From the NCBI RefSeq assembly GCF_000485595.1, contig NW_014577090.1, forward strand, positions 792,728 to 856,727: a DNA stretch of 64,000 bases, read 5' to 3'. A program made the translations under genes and the position numbers. The first letter of the stretch is position 1. Each line of letters starts with the position of its first letter. Of the stretch, positions 30,970-45,541 are shown in pieces. The stretch comes from Priapulus caudatus (lineage: Eukaryota). The notes beneath the pieces were generated by a model that worked only from the letters and a program-made list of their open reading frames with translations, searched no databases and was not told the DNA's origin.

Positions 30970-33900
30970 TCATTCCTCCCTAAACTCTAGGTCCCCAGCA
31001 TGTGAAGCTATGAAGGCAATGAGCTGTTGTTGAAACTGCAGCATCCGCTGGTCATTCTGCATATTAAACAAGATACGGTCAAACCTAAGCTAGCGTCACC
31101 TTTATAAAGCTGCCACCTGCCCGTGAAGGTTATTTTTGCTGTTTTCCTTGAGTAGCCGTTTCACTGTATTTCACAAGGGTTCAACAATAACTAATATGGA
31201 GATTCTGACAATTCGTTTTACATATGGATTCATTAGCCAGCCCTTTTTTCACGGGCCATGAATCAGCCCGAAAATCTAAGAGTTGTGTTTTTGTATAGCT
31301 TATATACGATCGTTACTCGGCACGTCCTGTAAAAACTTACTTCTGGTCCCAAATACACCCCAATATTGGAGTCTCTACAGTGAGGCGATGGTTTTACACT
31401 CAGAACAGAGTAGCCTGCAAGGGAAAATAGAAATTTCAATTTTCCGAGTTATTTTAACCGATTTTGCTTCATTTATTTTGGTGACAATTAACAGCTTGTG
31501 CATACCGACCGTATCGTGCAGTGATGGATTCCTCGTACAGTAAGATAGCCATCACAGCGTCGGGTATTGCCACCTCTCTTCTCAGACTCAGCTTGGCATG
31601 TGCTTCAGCTAGTGACATCCTACATTGATCAAAGTCACATATAGTGAGTGGGACGTGACAACAAATGATGTTCATGTAACTATCTACAGACAATTTGTAG
31701 TTGTAGGTACTATCAAGAGCTAATAATACCTTAGTATTATTAGCTCTTGGTACTATTATATATCATTGCTGGTACTATATCCCAGTAGACATTACCTGAC
31801 AGTAATTCGTATTTACTCCTATTTTACTACAGACACTACCTACTACAGATATTACCTTAACTGCCAAAAAAATATTATTAAAAACTACAGATGCCCCAAC
31901 CATACTGTTGCTCGTAGGGTCTATGTCCCCCTGACCTCTGTTTGACCTGGATCATTTAGCTATTTCTGACTAACCCTAACCCTAACCCTAACCCTATATA
32001 GATTATATATATATAGATACGTAATATAAAAATTATCAGAAATAGCTAAACGAGCCAGGTTCAAACAGAGTCAGGGGGACACATAGCCTTATCTGCCATA
32101 CTGTGTACAAGCTGTTAATTTACGACTACTGCTCTCTTGCTATCGTCGCTTAACCACTACTTACGTTCTGGCCGCCCGGACCTGCGCGAAGCGCGCTTCG
32201 CGCCACGCTGGTGGCGCCATTTCATTCAACTCGTGCTCTGTATTTAGAACAATTTCCCGTAGTCCAATGACCTGTAATCGGAAATTGAGATTTGTGGCGC
32301 TGCACAAACCTTTCGATATGCCGAGGCGAGAATAAATCCAAGTCGTAATTGCTACTTTTTTTGGTGCGCGTTACTTTTTTCTAAAAAAGCGATTCGAATT
32401 TATTTAATCACCCTGACCTATTCGTACTACTCGCTACCATAATGGCGCGAACGAGGCTCTCTCAGTCATTTGCAAAGAATTTTCTTTAACTGCCCGCGTG
32501 CAGAGTTGACACCCCCACCTAACTATAACTTTAGTAGCGAAAGAGACTTCCCGAATTAAGTCCGTACAGTCCTATCTGAATCGTGCCGTCCCAGCTCAAT
32601 CTCGGCAGCCATTTTAGAGGCACGGCCCTTCTGACTGATTATCTTGTTTACACTGATAATTGCACATATCCTCGTACCAGCCACTGGCACAAGATCAAGC
32701 CGCACGTACAGCACACACTGATGATAAGTTGTTTAGACTGACAATGTCCACTAGCGGCCATTAAGACTGTATTACATTCCACACCTACGGCTACGAATAC
32801 TTGCTACCAATACATGTTACAATATTACTACTAAGCTACTACTACATACCTACTAGTAGTAGTACTACTAAGTTACCAGCACTACTAGTACTAGTACTAG
32901 TAACTACCAGACCGCAGAGCTATATAAAAGTAATAATGACTAACTCTGTACTAGTAATTAACTTACAATAATGACGAACCCTAACCATAACCCTAACCTA
33001 TATATTGATATAAATATATTTATATTGATGTAAATGACATTGGTTTTTTGCCCATGCCATACATTGGGCCCATAAATATTGGGACCATGTTCTCTATCCT
33101 TGAACCACTAGATACTACAGACTACTACGACTAGCAAGAAAACGCTCTTTGCTAGGGTTGAGAATACCCTAGGCTATACTAGACACAGGCACTTGAAGCG
33201 TTCATAAAAAAATATAATGCTAACTAAATACGAAATATATTTACTACGAAATTTTTAATGTTCTAGTAAGGCCTACTCTCTTTCAAGAGGTTGCGAGTGC
33301 AAAGGCTATATATAGCCTAGGACTCGCTCCCACTCTCGATTAGCCATTGATTACTAAGCTAAGCCCAGAGGTGCGAGAGTAGCCAGTCTATGGCTATAGC
33401 GGCGGCTAGGCGGTGCACTGCTTTCCAACTCCCGTACGAGCCTCGCCAAGTGGAACGTTGCAAAACGTTGGCAGCGTTGGGCGCGAAAGCGCCGGTTGTT
33501 TCCTGATTCGACAGCCGTTTCCATTACTGGCAAGGTCGCGAATGTCAGAATTTCGACAGTCTTCGTGATTTCGGCGTGACACAGCTCGGTTACGAACAGA
33601 TTACTCGGTTACAGTTTTTATAACAAGTGAACACTGTTCACGTCCCAAATGTCTACCCTCTGTGTCCGCCCACTAAAAGTCCGGACTGTTCGCTGGCAGC
33701 TTGGATCTGTGCGCCGCGCCAATCTCATTCGGCGCACGGATCCATAGCTGCCAGCGCTGCATACTGTCGTAGGACGTTCCCGCGGTCGCGTGCGCCTTGC
33801 CGCGGAACTGCGCGAAAGATCTGCGCTTGAGCGCTTCGGATCAAATCTCCTTTCGGCAACGCTTCTCTAGTATCCCGTCTCATCTGGATTTGAATTTATC

Positions 33901-36900
33901 TATATGTGACAGTAGATGGCAGCACTCACAAAGTTGACATTGCAGTGATTGGAAACTGGGTACCGTGGAGACTCGTGGATCTAACTCGCCTCCCAGCCAC
34001 GTAGTATCCCTGCAGCAGTCTCTCAGCGTCCATCGTCATGGCAACCTCCCCGTGCCTCACACTCTCTACAAACTAGAAGCAAATCATATGACCACTGTTG
34101 TCTATTTATATCGTAAGGAATTTTTTAATTCAACTCCGTTGAACATGATATAATACTATGTATGGTCCACAATCATACTATAGTACCTTTCTGAGGTCAG
34201 CTTCCGTGATCTCTGTACTCGGCTTGTTTGTGGAGGTGCCATCTATAGCCCTAGAAAGTGTTTGGTGGATGAGCAGCTGTTCGGCGTAGGCATCTGCCGC
34301 TTGATCAACACTATCCGTGAAGAACACCATTCCAAAGCAACTACAAAACGGAATTCATTATGATATTATATGATATTATATCATTATGAGCAGCAAGCTG
34401 GGAATGAATGACATCGCTATCATGTTTTACATTGTAATTTGTTTATATTACATGTACTGTAGTGTCAGGGTTCTCCAAGCTTCTTCATTATAGCATGGCG
34501 GGGCTGCCTTTATGGTCCTAGTTTTAGCATTTAGAGTGGCGGGTGCATTTTAGGATGGCGGGGCTCGACGAGTGCTCTTGGAGAACCCTGAGTGTACTTC
34601 TGCACTGCATCACTTACTCTGCCAGTGTCTTTACCTCCTCCCCAACATAGTTGTGAGTGAACAGGTCGCCACCAGGCTGCGCTGGTGTTTTCTTAGCGAA
34701 GGTGGGGTCGTTCTGTGCCCATATACAGCACTGTAGAGGGTGTGGCACATGCTGGGGGAGACCCTCGCTGTACTTCGGGGGGATCGTAACAGTAAGCTTT
34801 CCACTTTCCAGCACTAAAATGTAAAAGCCCCCCTCATATTGTATTCTTAACCCACCCTGAACTCTCCCCTCTGGATTAAATCATATTTTTATCAACAGAA
34901 AACGGACAATACAGCTAGAAAATGTCCTTTTCACATATTGTAAAATGAAACTGCTTCCAGAAATTATAACCGGATCGTGATGTCAGAGAAATTTCCTCAC
35001 CTTGCCTGAGCACGTCCTTCTCTCTCTTTAGGTGTGCGATGTCTCCCAGAACGCATATTCCTCCCTGTGCCAGTAGCAGGCTTCCTGCTTCCACGCAGTG
35101 CGTGCTTGTGCCATGTGGGTCCTTGCTTACAGAGGCCACCAGATTGCTCCTAGTGCTGTAACACAGCGCATCGTTCGATGAATGACTAGCGATATATTCC
35201 TCATAAGATATTCCCTACAGCTGCGTCACTGGTGGAATTCGTATTCAGACTTTATTAATGAAAAATTGTTTAGATTGGAATATTGCGCAATACGGCACGG
35301 TGCTAGATTGGCTTGTTTCATTTGCCAATGGTTCTCCCGGTTATGGAGAGTAGTATATAGGGTTAGCTACGCATGAGGTGGAATTGCTTGAGGTGTAGGT
35401 GTAACACGGGAGGGAAAGACTTGCGTGTGGTGAACAGTGCGGTCTGTGAAGCTTGCAGCATACACCAGTAACCGGTGTATGATCGTGTCGTTAACGCCAA
35501 CAGCTAGGATGCTCAGTGGTATCTTTCCTTCTTTCTAAAATATAAACATATTTCACGTGCATTTATAGCACCTTCGTTATCAACTTGCTGTGTTGCTGTG
35601 ACAATGTTTGACTCGCGCACCAAAATGTTACGATGCCATTTATCACCTGACCTTAGTGTCAATTCATAATTTTACATGCAATTCACAACTAATGTTGGCA
35701 AGTATATATATATGACGAAATGTGACTTCAAAATGAAGCAACTATTAACTTTCAGCTCTCCTGTTGTCATTAGGACGAGTAGTAATCCCAGCTTGAGTCT
35801 GAAGAAGCAGGGGGGAGGGCACACTTCTGAGGCAAAGATGTAAGCAAGACTCACTGCTATGCTCCATGGTGACGCATGCCTGTCTGAACACGCAGGGAGA
35901 TGTTTAGATAGGTATCATGAAAAATAGGCAAGATCCTAATTTGCTTATTTTTTGTATCACCATATTTTATCAATGCGTTTGTAGCCAGATGAATAAACTG
36001 TGATTATTTAATTGTTGATTGGCAAGTACATAATACAGTGAAACCCCGATTTAACGCAAATTCGGATATAATGCGATGAATCATTGGACGTTTTTTTGCT
36101 CTTTCCGGAACTGAAACGTTTTTTGCTGAGTTAAGCCTGCCTTAGGTCGAAGTGACGATCGCCTATAGATTGCGCAACTAAATGAGTTTACATGAATTGT
36201 TGCTGTGGGGGGTTAGTTTATATGCTGATTTTCTTGAACCCCGATTTAGCGTGAACCCATTTTGTTCGCAATGACATTTTATGGACCCCAACGATCGCAT
36301 AATAATGGGGCCGCACTGTATTATCAAATAGCCTAATACCGCTGTCGCAAAACTTAGAATCCAATTTTAAATGCTTGCATCACTAATCTCTCAAACACCT
36401 GTATTGACTGCCAAAGGGGGGATGCCAATTATGTACAAGTTTGCTGCATTTCTCACACAGTAACATTCACTCCATAACGTCATAGTCACGAGCCAATTAG
36501 AAAAACATCCATTGTATGTTCTGTTCTATTACGGCTGTCAATCATCTTTTAGTTGACCTTGAGTAAAAACGGGGTGAGCTGGCATTGAGCATCATTTACC
36601 TATTAGTAGTCTCTGGATAGAGTCGGGAAGCAGGACCGGAACAGGATCGGTGTAATGCGATGTTACTGGCAAGATGTTGTTTGCCTTTAACAGAATTATA
36701 ATGCAACCAATTGTTACTGCACGTGACAACCACGCAGCGCCAGCTAGTTGTCTTACAGAAGGTGATTTGTGGTAAGAACAATTGCTAGAGATAATGAAAT
36801 AGAGGATAGTTGGGGGAAGTCCGTGACAGATTTATGATTACATATATATATGTATATATATATAGTTCTTCAAACATGACTTTGGACGATGTCTTACTTC

Positions 36901-39900
36901 GATAGCGAGTCCCAGGTTTGATTCCTGGTGGTCATACACGGGAATGCCCAGCACGACGAAGGAACCACCGAGCGTCACCATGGCAACCAGTTCATCTGTA
37001 GATACAAACCCAGGACATGTCATGTGATTGATGTCTTTGGTGATACCCTTCTGCCACAAATTCCTCCAATGGTGTAGCTTTAATCTTAACTAATGAGTGG
37101 AATTCTAACCTACTACTAATTACATAACAACAATCTTCACGTGTTCGTAGACTTGCTTGCTTTCATGTTTGCTGCAGATACCTCTCACGTAGATGGGTAT
37201 TGACTGAAATCTTCTGTTCGTTACACCAGGTGACAAAGCTTCCAAGCTCACTACATTTGCCACAACCTTGTCTGCAAGCAATACACACAATATAGTTGAC
37301 ATCAAGGCTATATCCGTGTTTTTTACTGAATTGGTTCCTGTCTACACTTGTTCATGGCTCCTGCGTTCATGTTAAAATGTCTCACTATAGGGGGCTCACT
37401 ATAGTAGCCTTCTGCAGATTGATTACCATTGCATTATCGCAAAAAAAGTTTTTTTTTGCGATAATTTTCGGCACTAGAGTGCACTACCCTGCATTATACA
37501 CGTAAGTTAGATGGCCTAAGGACGTCTAGAAAGCATGGAAATATTGGACTTGATGAAAAATTGTGCCACTCCATCAAGTGACTCAGCCATGGTGACCGGT
37601 CTGATGTTTGTTTTTTTGTAAAATGTGATCAGACCACTTGCATCATTTAGCTGGCAGATTTCAGGCACAGTTAATACCTTGAAACTTTGGTTATTTAGCA
37701 TAAATAAAATGCATGTTGTGTATGTGTAGAATATTAATTAATATTTTTAATTAATTTTTGTGCCATACGCTTATTCACGCCTGCTGCCTATGAACACCAT
37801 CTACTGTTACAAAACACCTATATCGAAGTTTTTATTGTCGTCCTGATCATAACAGCTGCATATTATACCGCGTTACTTGAGAGGTGTATTGCTCACCAGC
37901 CAGGATTCTGCAGTGAACGTCTTCCAGAAGTTCCGCTCCACAGTGTGGACAGATGAAGTCATTTCTGCAACCAATCGTCATTATCTCTTGTTAAAACAGT
38001 AGAATATATATTGCTTCTCTAATGGTAGGCTAACTGCATCGTTTTCATTCTCACTAAAGCCAGAATGTTTTCATTGACAACTATACCCCTGCCATTAGTT
38101 GTTGTTGGTTTTTAAAATAATCTGCTTTTAGCAGTTAATTGTGCACTATATATTAACACGTCACTATATAGCACGTTTCTGTAGAATTCATTTAAATCAG
38201 CGAAGTCCTTTCATTCGGTAGCAGCGACTATTGCTCATGCAGCAGATGCTGTATAAATATGTTTTTAGCTAATGTTCACAACCATATTGATAGATATTTG
38301 GTCAACATTATCCTCTTTAGGTTCCTGCAGTGTGACAATTATGAAAATTTATATGTACGTCCATCAACTAATATAGTATTACAAGTTTTTTGCACCTGAC
38401 AGTTTGTTTCTCTCTAGCTCCTGCAGTGTGAAACCTGATGAATGAGTTACCACTGTTACCATAGCAACTCCTGACTGGACAGTGATATTGAGCACTTTGT
38501 CTGGAATAAAAATTTATGAGAATGTTAGTATTATTTAAGAAAAAACAAGCCCGGAACGGAGCTTTGTACAAAGTGTAACTGGTTTGAACCTGCCATCTCT
38601 TCTTTTTGTAATATCTTTAATGAAATTATGTATACAATATTGATAGGAATCATTCATATTCTATAAAAAAAATTATGCTTGTGATAGAAGTTACTAATGG
38701 CAATTGGGATCTGTGATATATATAATAGATTACATTGAAACCATCATGAAATTGTTCATTCCTTATTTCATATTTAACAAATGATTTTTACGTCGAGAAA
38801 AGCCACAAGAGATAAAGCGAGCTTGCTATACATACGTATATTTGCTGATAGTTGTTAGACTGCATACAATGCCTTCATACCGGCAGAACCCGAGTGCTCG
38901 ACATGCTGCAGGCAAGTTGCTGACATAACGTATGCAATAACTAGAATGAAATATCCCATAGTAATAACACTAAGTGTGTGTAGAAGCACGACTACTTTAC
39001 AAACATCACTGTGTTTTTATGCTTTTATTAAAATTATGATATACAATGCAATGTAAAGATGAGACGATTATTCTCTGTAGTATATTTAGTATGTGAGGCT
39101 ATTGTGTAGACGAGTTGATAGAAGGCACTCACCTCGGGAATTTGGGAAGACTTACAAGTCTAACAACTATCATCAGCTGACAGCAAGACACCAAGGATGG
39201 TAGCAACTCCAACGCAGACACAATGCTGTGCACAACCTATGCAAATACATTTAACATTGGTAAAAAAAACACCATTTATTTTAGCACCAGATCGTATTCA
39301 GTTACTTCTCTACTTCTGTATTCAGTTACTACTCCCTTCATCATTAAACAAGTGAAGCTCGTTTATTCATTACCAAATAATTACATTGTTATTTATTAAT
39401 GACTATTAATTTATTTATTTATCGCAATGCAAAATAACTGCTGTATGTGGCACTTTCGGGACTTTTTCTACAAAAATCACATGCATTTCATGATTCAGAC
39501 AGAAATTTGTTTGTAAATAAAAAGGTAGGAGCTTAAGGAACCTGTTGAAGCAATTAGCGAAAGTGCAGTTAGCAAGGCACAATCTAATCTTGGCATAGCA
39601 AAACATGCTGGTTTTCTATCTACACACTATACAAATCACAATGAATTTTCTGTAAAATCATTTCCATGGCATGGTGGATAGGTCATTTGTTGCAAAAATT
39701 ACCAGATGTAAGATGACTACACTATATAATATAATACCTCTTGAAATAGATTCACCATCTTCAGTGGTTCATTGAGCAGCTTGTTACACAGTCCAGCTGA
39801 AGAGGTGATATTGAATCATTAGTGCTTTTTAATTTATATATCTGGCATTTGCTACTAACACAAGATGTATTTGTTGGATTCGATTTTTAACATTGATATA

Positions 39901-40300
39901 TAGATATTGTGCAAAAAATAATTCCTAATTACCACATTCGTCCATTAAATCAGATGGGGAAACTTCAACCACGAATCTGTACACGGAGGTTTCCTGTCAT
40001 TTTAAACATGAAAAGTATTACAAACGCCAAACATGTCTGAATGCTGATTATATGGGTGTATAATGAGATATCATAGATCATATTTGAATTACACAAATGT
40101 GTTAGTGAGTGGGAATTATGCACAAAACAAAGTTGTACAAGCAGATATGACTGTATTACTATTTGTACGATCAGCACCTCTTTTGAACTCTTATCCACAT
40201 ATTGTTTGCACTGAGTCTTTATACTTTCAAGTGCGCTCGTTTTGTCCAGGTGGGAGAGAAAGGCTAGCTGATACAGCAAGCTCTGGTTCGTTGCCTCCAT
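30970..40300 (-). CDS. MCMDC2: Minichromosome maintenance domain-containing protein 2 (meiotic MCM-like), about 686 aa
   Basis: 19 exons: 40300-40178, 39993-39933, 39796-39738, 39236-39133, 38940-38836, 38500-38396, 37964-37897, 37271-37182, 36995-36898, 36684-36600, 35883-35750, 35534-35425, 35155-35001, 34813-34618, 34340-34187, 34072-33930, 31619-31510, 31414-31341, 31056-30970; 2061 nt. MCM motifs EAGSLLLAQGGICVLGDI, LESG, LLQGYYVAGRRVR, SLAEAHAKLSLR..DAVMAILLYEES, but no Walker A, as known for MCMDC2. Confidence 0.9.
36036..36318. mobile_element. Tc1/mariner (pogo/Tigger-like) MITE
   Basis: TA|CAGTG..CCCC...GGGG..CACTG|TA termini. Confidence 0.7.
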
Positions 40301-40828
40301 GACTATGGTTTATTGGTTGATGATGCCTGTGGTGCCTGTGTAACTAAGTGTGTTAGCTATGTCACTGTCTAGGATTTGGAACATAATAATTAATATATCA
40401 TCATATTATTTACACATCTTATTACACGTTAGTCATTCCTACATAGATGATAGAACACGTAGAATATGTTCAACGGTTCGTATTCTCAGGGCCACTATGA
40501 CTATAGCTATCATGAGTGTGACGCTGTCCCTTGGGCTCATAGGGTCTATGTCCCCCAGGGTACTGCCGGAACGTACCCTGGGTACGGTCCGGTATCCCGG
40601 AACGTACCCTGGTAACTATCCAGCTGATATGGTTAGGGTTAGGGGCATGGTTAGAGTTAGGGAGTAGGCGTAGGCCTGAGAACAATATATACATTGTATA
40701 TATTGTTCTCAGGCGTAGGCGACTCCCTAGACTCGTTAGTGGAGTAGGCGAGGTACGGTCCGGCATATTAGATAGTATTAATTTTAATACCAGGGTATAC
40801 GTTCCGGCAGTACCCTGGGGGACATAGA

Positions 40829-41041
40829 CAGGGGCGGATCCAGAGGGTTTGGGTGACCAGTTTCCATAGTTCTAGTCTCAGCTACTGAGCTAGGGGGGTC
40901 CAAGGGCATGCCCCCCGGTAATTTAAAAAAAATTAGGCTATATTTGGTGCATTCTGGTGAATATTGAGGGTCAATTCTGAAGATACCCAGCCTGTGACCG
41001 GTTTTTGGAAACTGGTGCAAACCGGCCTAAATCCGCGCCTG
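40829..41041. mobile_element. hAT-like MITE inserted into the TIR of the (CCCTAA)n-bearing MITE
   Basis: CAGGGGCGGAT..ATCCGCGCCTG ends; the host TIR ggggacatagac|...|gaccct resumes after it. Confidence 0.65.
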
Positions 41042-41708
41042 GACCCTATCAGCGTCACGCGGCTCGTTCCGTGTTCGTCTTCGATACACAATCGTCAATG
41101 CAGTCTAGCCAGATCTCTTTAGATCTGTTTAGTCTTGCCATAAACTTCGAAGACCAATCAGGCAATCTGATTTGTAATCATAATCATAATGATTATGAGG
41201 TCACTGTCACTCGCCAGTGCACGTGCAGTATATTAGAAAACGCCGAAAATATTATTTGTTTTCAAAGGACGAATTAAGTGTTTGTTACACGACCTAAAAC
41301 GTAAAATTCTCCAGGCGTATGGCGATCACATCACAGTGATGGCGATATGCTCAGTAGAAAAAGAAACTGTGCGCGGACATATTTACAAGGCATTCTGGGA
41401 AATATTGTCATGGTCACTTGCAGCGGATTATGATCATTTATGAAATCGTCTTCTTATCTGTAAACGCTCCTTTTTATTAATTCTCATCTAAACAATTAAC
41501 TAGACTAATTGACGTTTAAGATATTTGTATTTTTAAACAGCGATGAGATGTTGTTGAATGTGAACACAGTAACTACATATGCTTAGCGTAAGCGTTACTT
41601 TTTCGACGCGTGTTTGTTTTCCCTGGGCACATTCCTGTCGTGCCTGGTCATCGTGATCTGTAATGTTTCTGGGCAGTCTATGTTGAAGCGCCTAGAAATT
41701 TTTATGGA

Positions 41709-44108
41709 ATGGCACAAAACAAATATGACCTGTGCCTTGTTCCGACAATTAACAACAACAAAACACGAAGACAACCATGGTAATTAAATATTAATATTTG
41801 AGCAATCTCGATATATTATAAAGATATATCAGTATATATGCGCTAGTTATCTGTAATGGCATTGCCATTAGCAGATTTAGCACACCCATTTTATGCGCGG
41901 CACAAGTAATTAAGCGTCATCGTGTCATTGTTGATATAGATACAAGCAAGCTACTATATGCTACATAAAGAACTAATGAAAAGCAATAAAATGAAGATGC
42001 GGACATAGCGGTCTGTATCTAGGTGGAACATCAATTCATGCTAGCGTTTTCAGCAACAATGACAATATTACAACGTGATTTCTTCTACTACAAGTGGATT
42101 ACAACTTAAAATTTGATATTTATCGGGCCTATTCTGGTTACAGGTATAGGGAAAGATTGCAAACAGAGTTGACAAAACTAAGTAGGGTAGGAGCAGGGCC
42201 ACGCAAAAATGCTTGCATTCTTGGAACGCACTGGTCTTTTCTTGTTGGAGGTTTGGATGATTTTCGAGACGGGTTACCTCCAGATGAAAATGCTGGTGTA
42301 CTGCGCAAGGTCCGTATATCGCATTTCTGAAATTACACCTACGTATTTACATTTACGGATTGGCAGGTTCTGCAGGTAAATCCTTCGATCTATACTGTGA
42401 ATGCAAATGCTTGGTTGCACATAATTACTGCAGGTACGTGTCGGCTCTAGAACAGTCCCTGGCATGTCGGATGTTTTCCCTCCTCTTCCACTTCCACTGA
42501 AGTCTAAAAAGCAGTTGAGCAAATATGACAAATGCTTTGCCAAGTGCACACCTAACCAGCATAAGAGAAGGAATCGGATTGAGGGCTTGGAGGAAGCTTT
42601 GCTGAGCCACCCCCTCGCACTGTATCCACAGCTTGTTCAGGCAGTGGAACCGCGGGTAACGATAATCATGAACATAGAACTTTATACAATATTTTAAATT
42701 CATTGTGTACAATAGTATAGATTATATTATAGTCATGCTATTACTGACATGTACATCGAAAAGATATGCAATACTAGTACGTAGTAAGATGTTGTAGTAA
42801 TGTGCGTTGACGGTGCCTCAGTCTTTCTGACCTTTCAGTAAACGCGATATCCACTGGACCACCACTACCCCCCAGCATAAAACATGTGCTCCCAACTAAA
42901 GCATAGTCAAAATACATTTAACCTAGAAACAAACCATGAACCTACTTATGGCATAGCTAACTGAATTGCTTGTAATCTCGTGTCGCAGGGCAGGTATCCT
43001 GGTGTCATAACGAGACCATACATTTCGCGCGTCAAATAACTAGGTTTTTGAAGATGTAGTCAACCTTCTGGATCCATCTATGAACAAGCAGAAGGCTGAG
43101 GTGCTAATGGCAGAGAAGAATGTAGAAGCAACCATCAACCAATCTTCAATCAGAAAACCGCTGCTTACCTCATCATTGGCCAAATCTCAAGGCACAGCGT
43201 AAATATTTGTTAATCTCTGCTTCATCAATACTAAAATTAACAGCTAGCTCTTACTGGTTAAACTTAGGTTATGTTAAACTTAACATGTATTTTGTTAGTA
43301 CTATTAAAAAAATAAAAACAACTAGGACAAGCCCAAGCCTTATAACAATTATTCTAATTCGAAAAAATTCAATTCTCTAAATCTACAGTCGTGATAGCAG
43401 TGTGTGTGGATATTAAATTCATTTCAAATTATAATTAAAATAATAATATTAGCAAGTACGTAACGCTCGTATTAATTCCTATTAGCATGTGTTGGTCTCA
43501 CTGAAAACTACGTTTTCGTTTACAATTGGGGCCACTAACTGTTACGCCCATAGAAATTATGGTAGACTCTATATATATATTTTTTATATCCATATAGGTG
43601 TCCATATATATTTCTATTGTTACGCTCTAGTACGGATGAGAAGCGACCGCGTTGCTCATACGTTCTTCCAAAGAGCACGTCGGATGGAGCAGGAGGAGTG
43701 AGTGCATCTGATGTCGGACAACAGGTGGGTGCCTGAAAACGGGCTCCCATCGGTAGTATATCGCGAACTACTCATGCCCGATCATTTTCTCATATCTATG
43801 TACGCACACGCCCACGTTCGTGCTCACGCCCGTTCATTCAGGCACACATGCACACTCGCACACGCATGGACATGCACGAACACGCACACACATGCACGTA
43901 CACGCACACACATGCACGTACACGCACACACATGCACGTACACGCACACACATGCACGTACACGCACGTACACGCACACACATGCTCGTACACGCACACA
44001 CATGCACGTACACGCACACACATGCTCGTACACGCACACACCTGTACGCATACACATTCACGCACGCACTATGGTGAACATTATAAGGTATAAGGTATAT
44101 AATATAAA

Positions 44109-44139
<31 letters not shown>

Positions 44140-45541
44140 AGTATATAAAACGAGTACATCGCTGCCGCGCAAATCTGGTGGTAATCCATCGTACTATTCC
44201 TACGATACATGCTCGCATCGATGTTATAGGCGTTTCCGTGCGTTACTGTAGCGTGCATGCGTGCGTGTGGTGTGTGTGTGTTGCAATGCATGTGTTGTGT
44301 GCTGTGTGGTGTGTTGTGTGTGTGTGTGGTGTGGTTTGCGTGCGTGCGTGCGTGCGTGCGTGTGTGCGTGCGTGAGCGAGCTTGTTGCGTGAAGAATGTG
44401 GGGACGGAAGGATTGCGATCACCCTATACCCCGTGCAAACCTTGCTGCCATCGGTAATTGACAGAACGAGCAGATGCGCAGGTTAGCGCGGAAGTTTTAC
44501 GAGCTGGTAAGGGACGTGGGACCGGGCAGCTATTCCGTTGAGGAGCCGGCCGTACTCAACCTGTTCACGGGAGAGCTGGACAACAAGCCTGCGATGACGT
44601 TCCCCATCCACGTAGTGTCGACTAACAGCGTGCCGTCTGAGCTGAAGGCGGAGGCTGGCATGTCACAGTAGTCATAGACCAAGCTAAAGTCCTTAGCGCG
44701 AACAGTAGACCAACACAGGTGTGTAATCTTAGCTGGCATACAGGACACCAATAAAGTAAATTGTACAGATTTACGCGTTAAACGTTATTTATTTCGCGTG
44801 TCGAGGCCATTATTTGATTCGGCGTGTAGATGGCAGCAAAATTTCAATACATATTTTCTACTGCTTCTCGTTACTAGTTGCACACGCAGCATTCCGAATA
44901 TTTCATCGTGTAGATGTCACGAAGATGGTGTTACCTACAGACAGATGTCTAACACCCGCGTTGATTTGTTGCGTGGGTACTTACCCTGCATGCTCCCGGC
45001 GTTTACCACTATGCAGGCGGCAGGTAAACCGACGGTAGGATGGTCGCGCTACAACTACGGCAGCTGGTACCTAAAGCCGTCGCTTTGGAAGAAACGACCT
45101 AAGAATGAACCTCTGGTAGATGTCTACTCCCTGAACGAGAACATGACGCAAGCGAAAAGCGCCAGCGGAGCGCTGGTATGTGTATGTGTGCGTGTGTGTG
45201 CGTGTGTGCGTGTGTGTGTGTGCGTGCGTGCGTGTGCGTGCGTGCGTGCGTGCGTGCGTGTGTGTCTTGTCTTGGTATGTGTATGCGGGCGCACGTACAT
45301 GTGTGTTTGTATGCGTGTGCCTGCATGCCTGCGTGTTTGTGTGGTATGTGTGCCGGCCTGCCTGCCTGTATGCGTAGGTGCATGCGTGCGCGCGTGTGCG
45401 CCTATATGTAGGTAATCATTGCCGTGTTCTTTGGTTTATTTGGCGATGCATTTTTTGCAGAACCAAGAGTTGGCAAAACTGCACGGATCCAATGCATTCA
45501 AGCGCTTTATAGAGAAAAGCGGAAAATACAACATGCCCGAG
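41709..45541 (+). CDS. FAM47: FAM47 family protein (FAM47E-like), 3'-partial, with an apparent 1-nt frameshift in exon 6
   Basis: Exons 41709-41779, 42144-42309, 42434-42655, 43044-43198, 43631-43697 (less certain), 44465-44718, 45017-45175, 45461-45541. Motifs [65 protein letters not shown]. Last exon not visible before the N gap. Confidence 0.78.

Noticed and set aside
43702..44457. HT/CV-repeat ORFs (also at 13267-14636, 21958-22550, 45099-45666, 47314-47926, 52857-53276)
   Set aside because: Translations of microsatellites and minisatellites.
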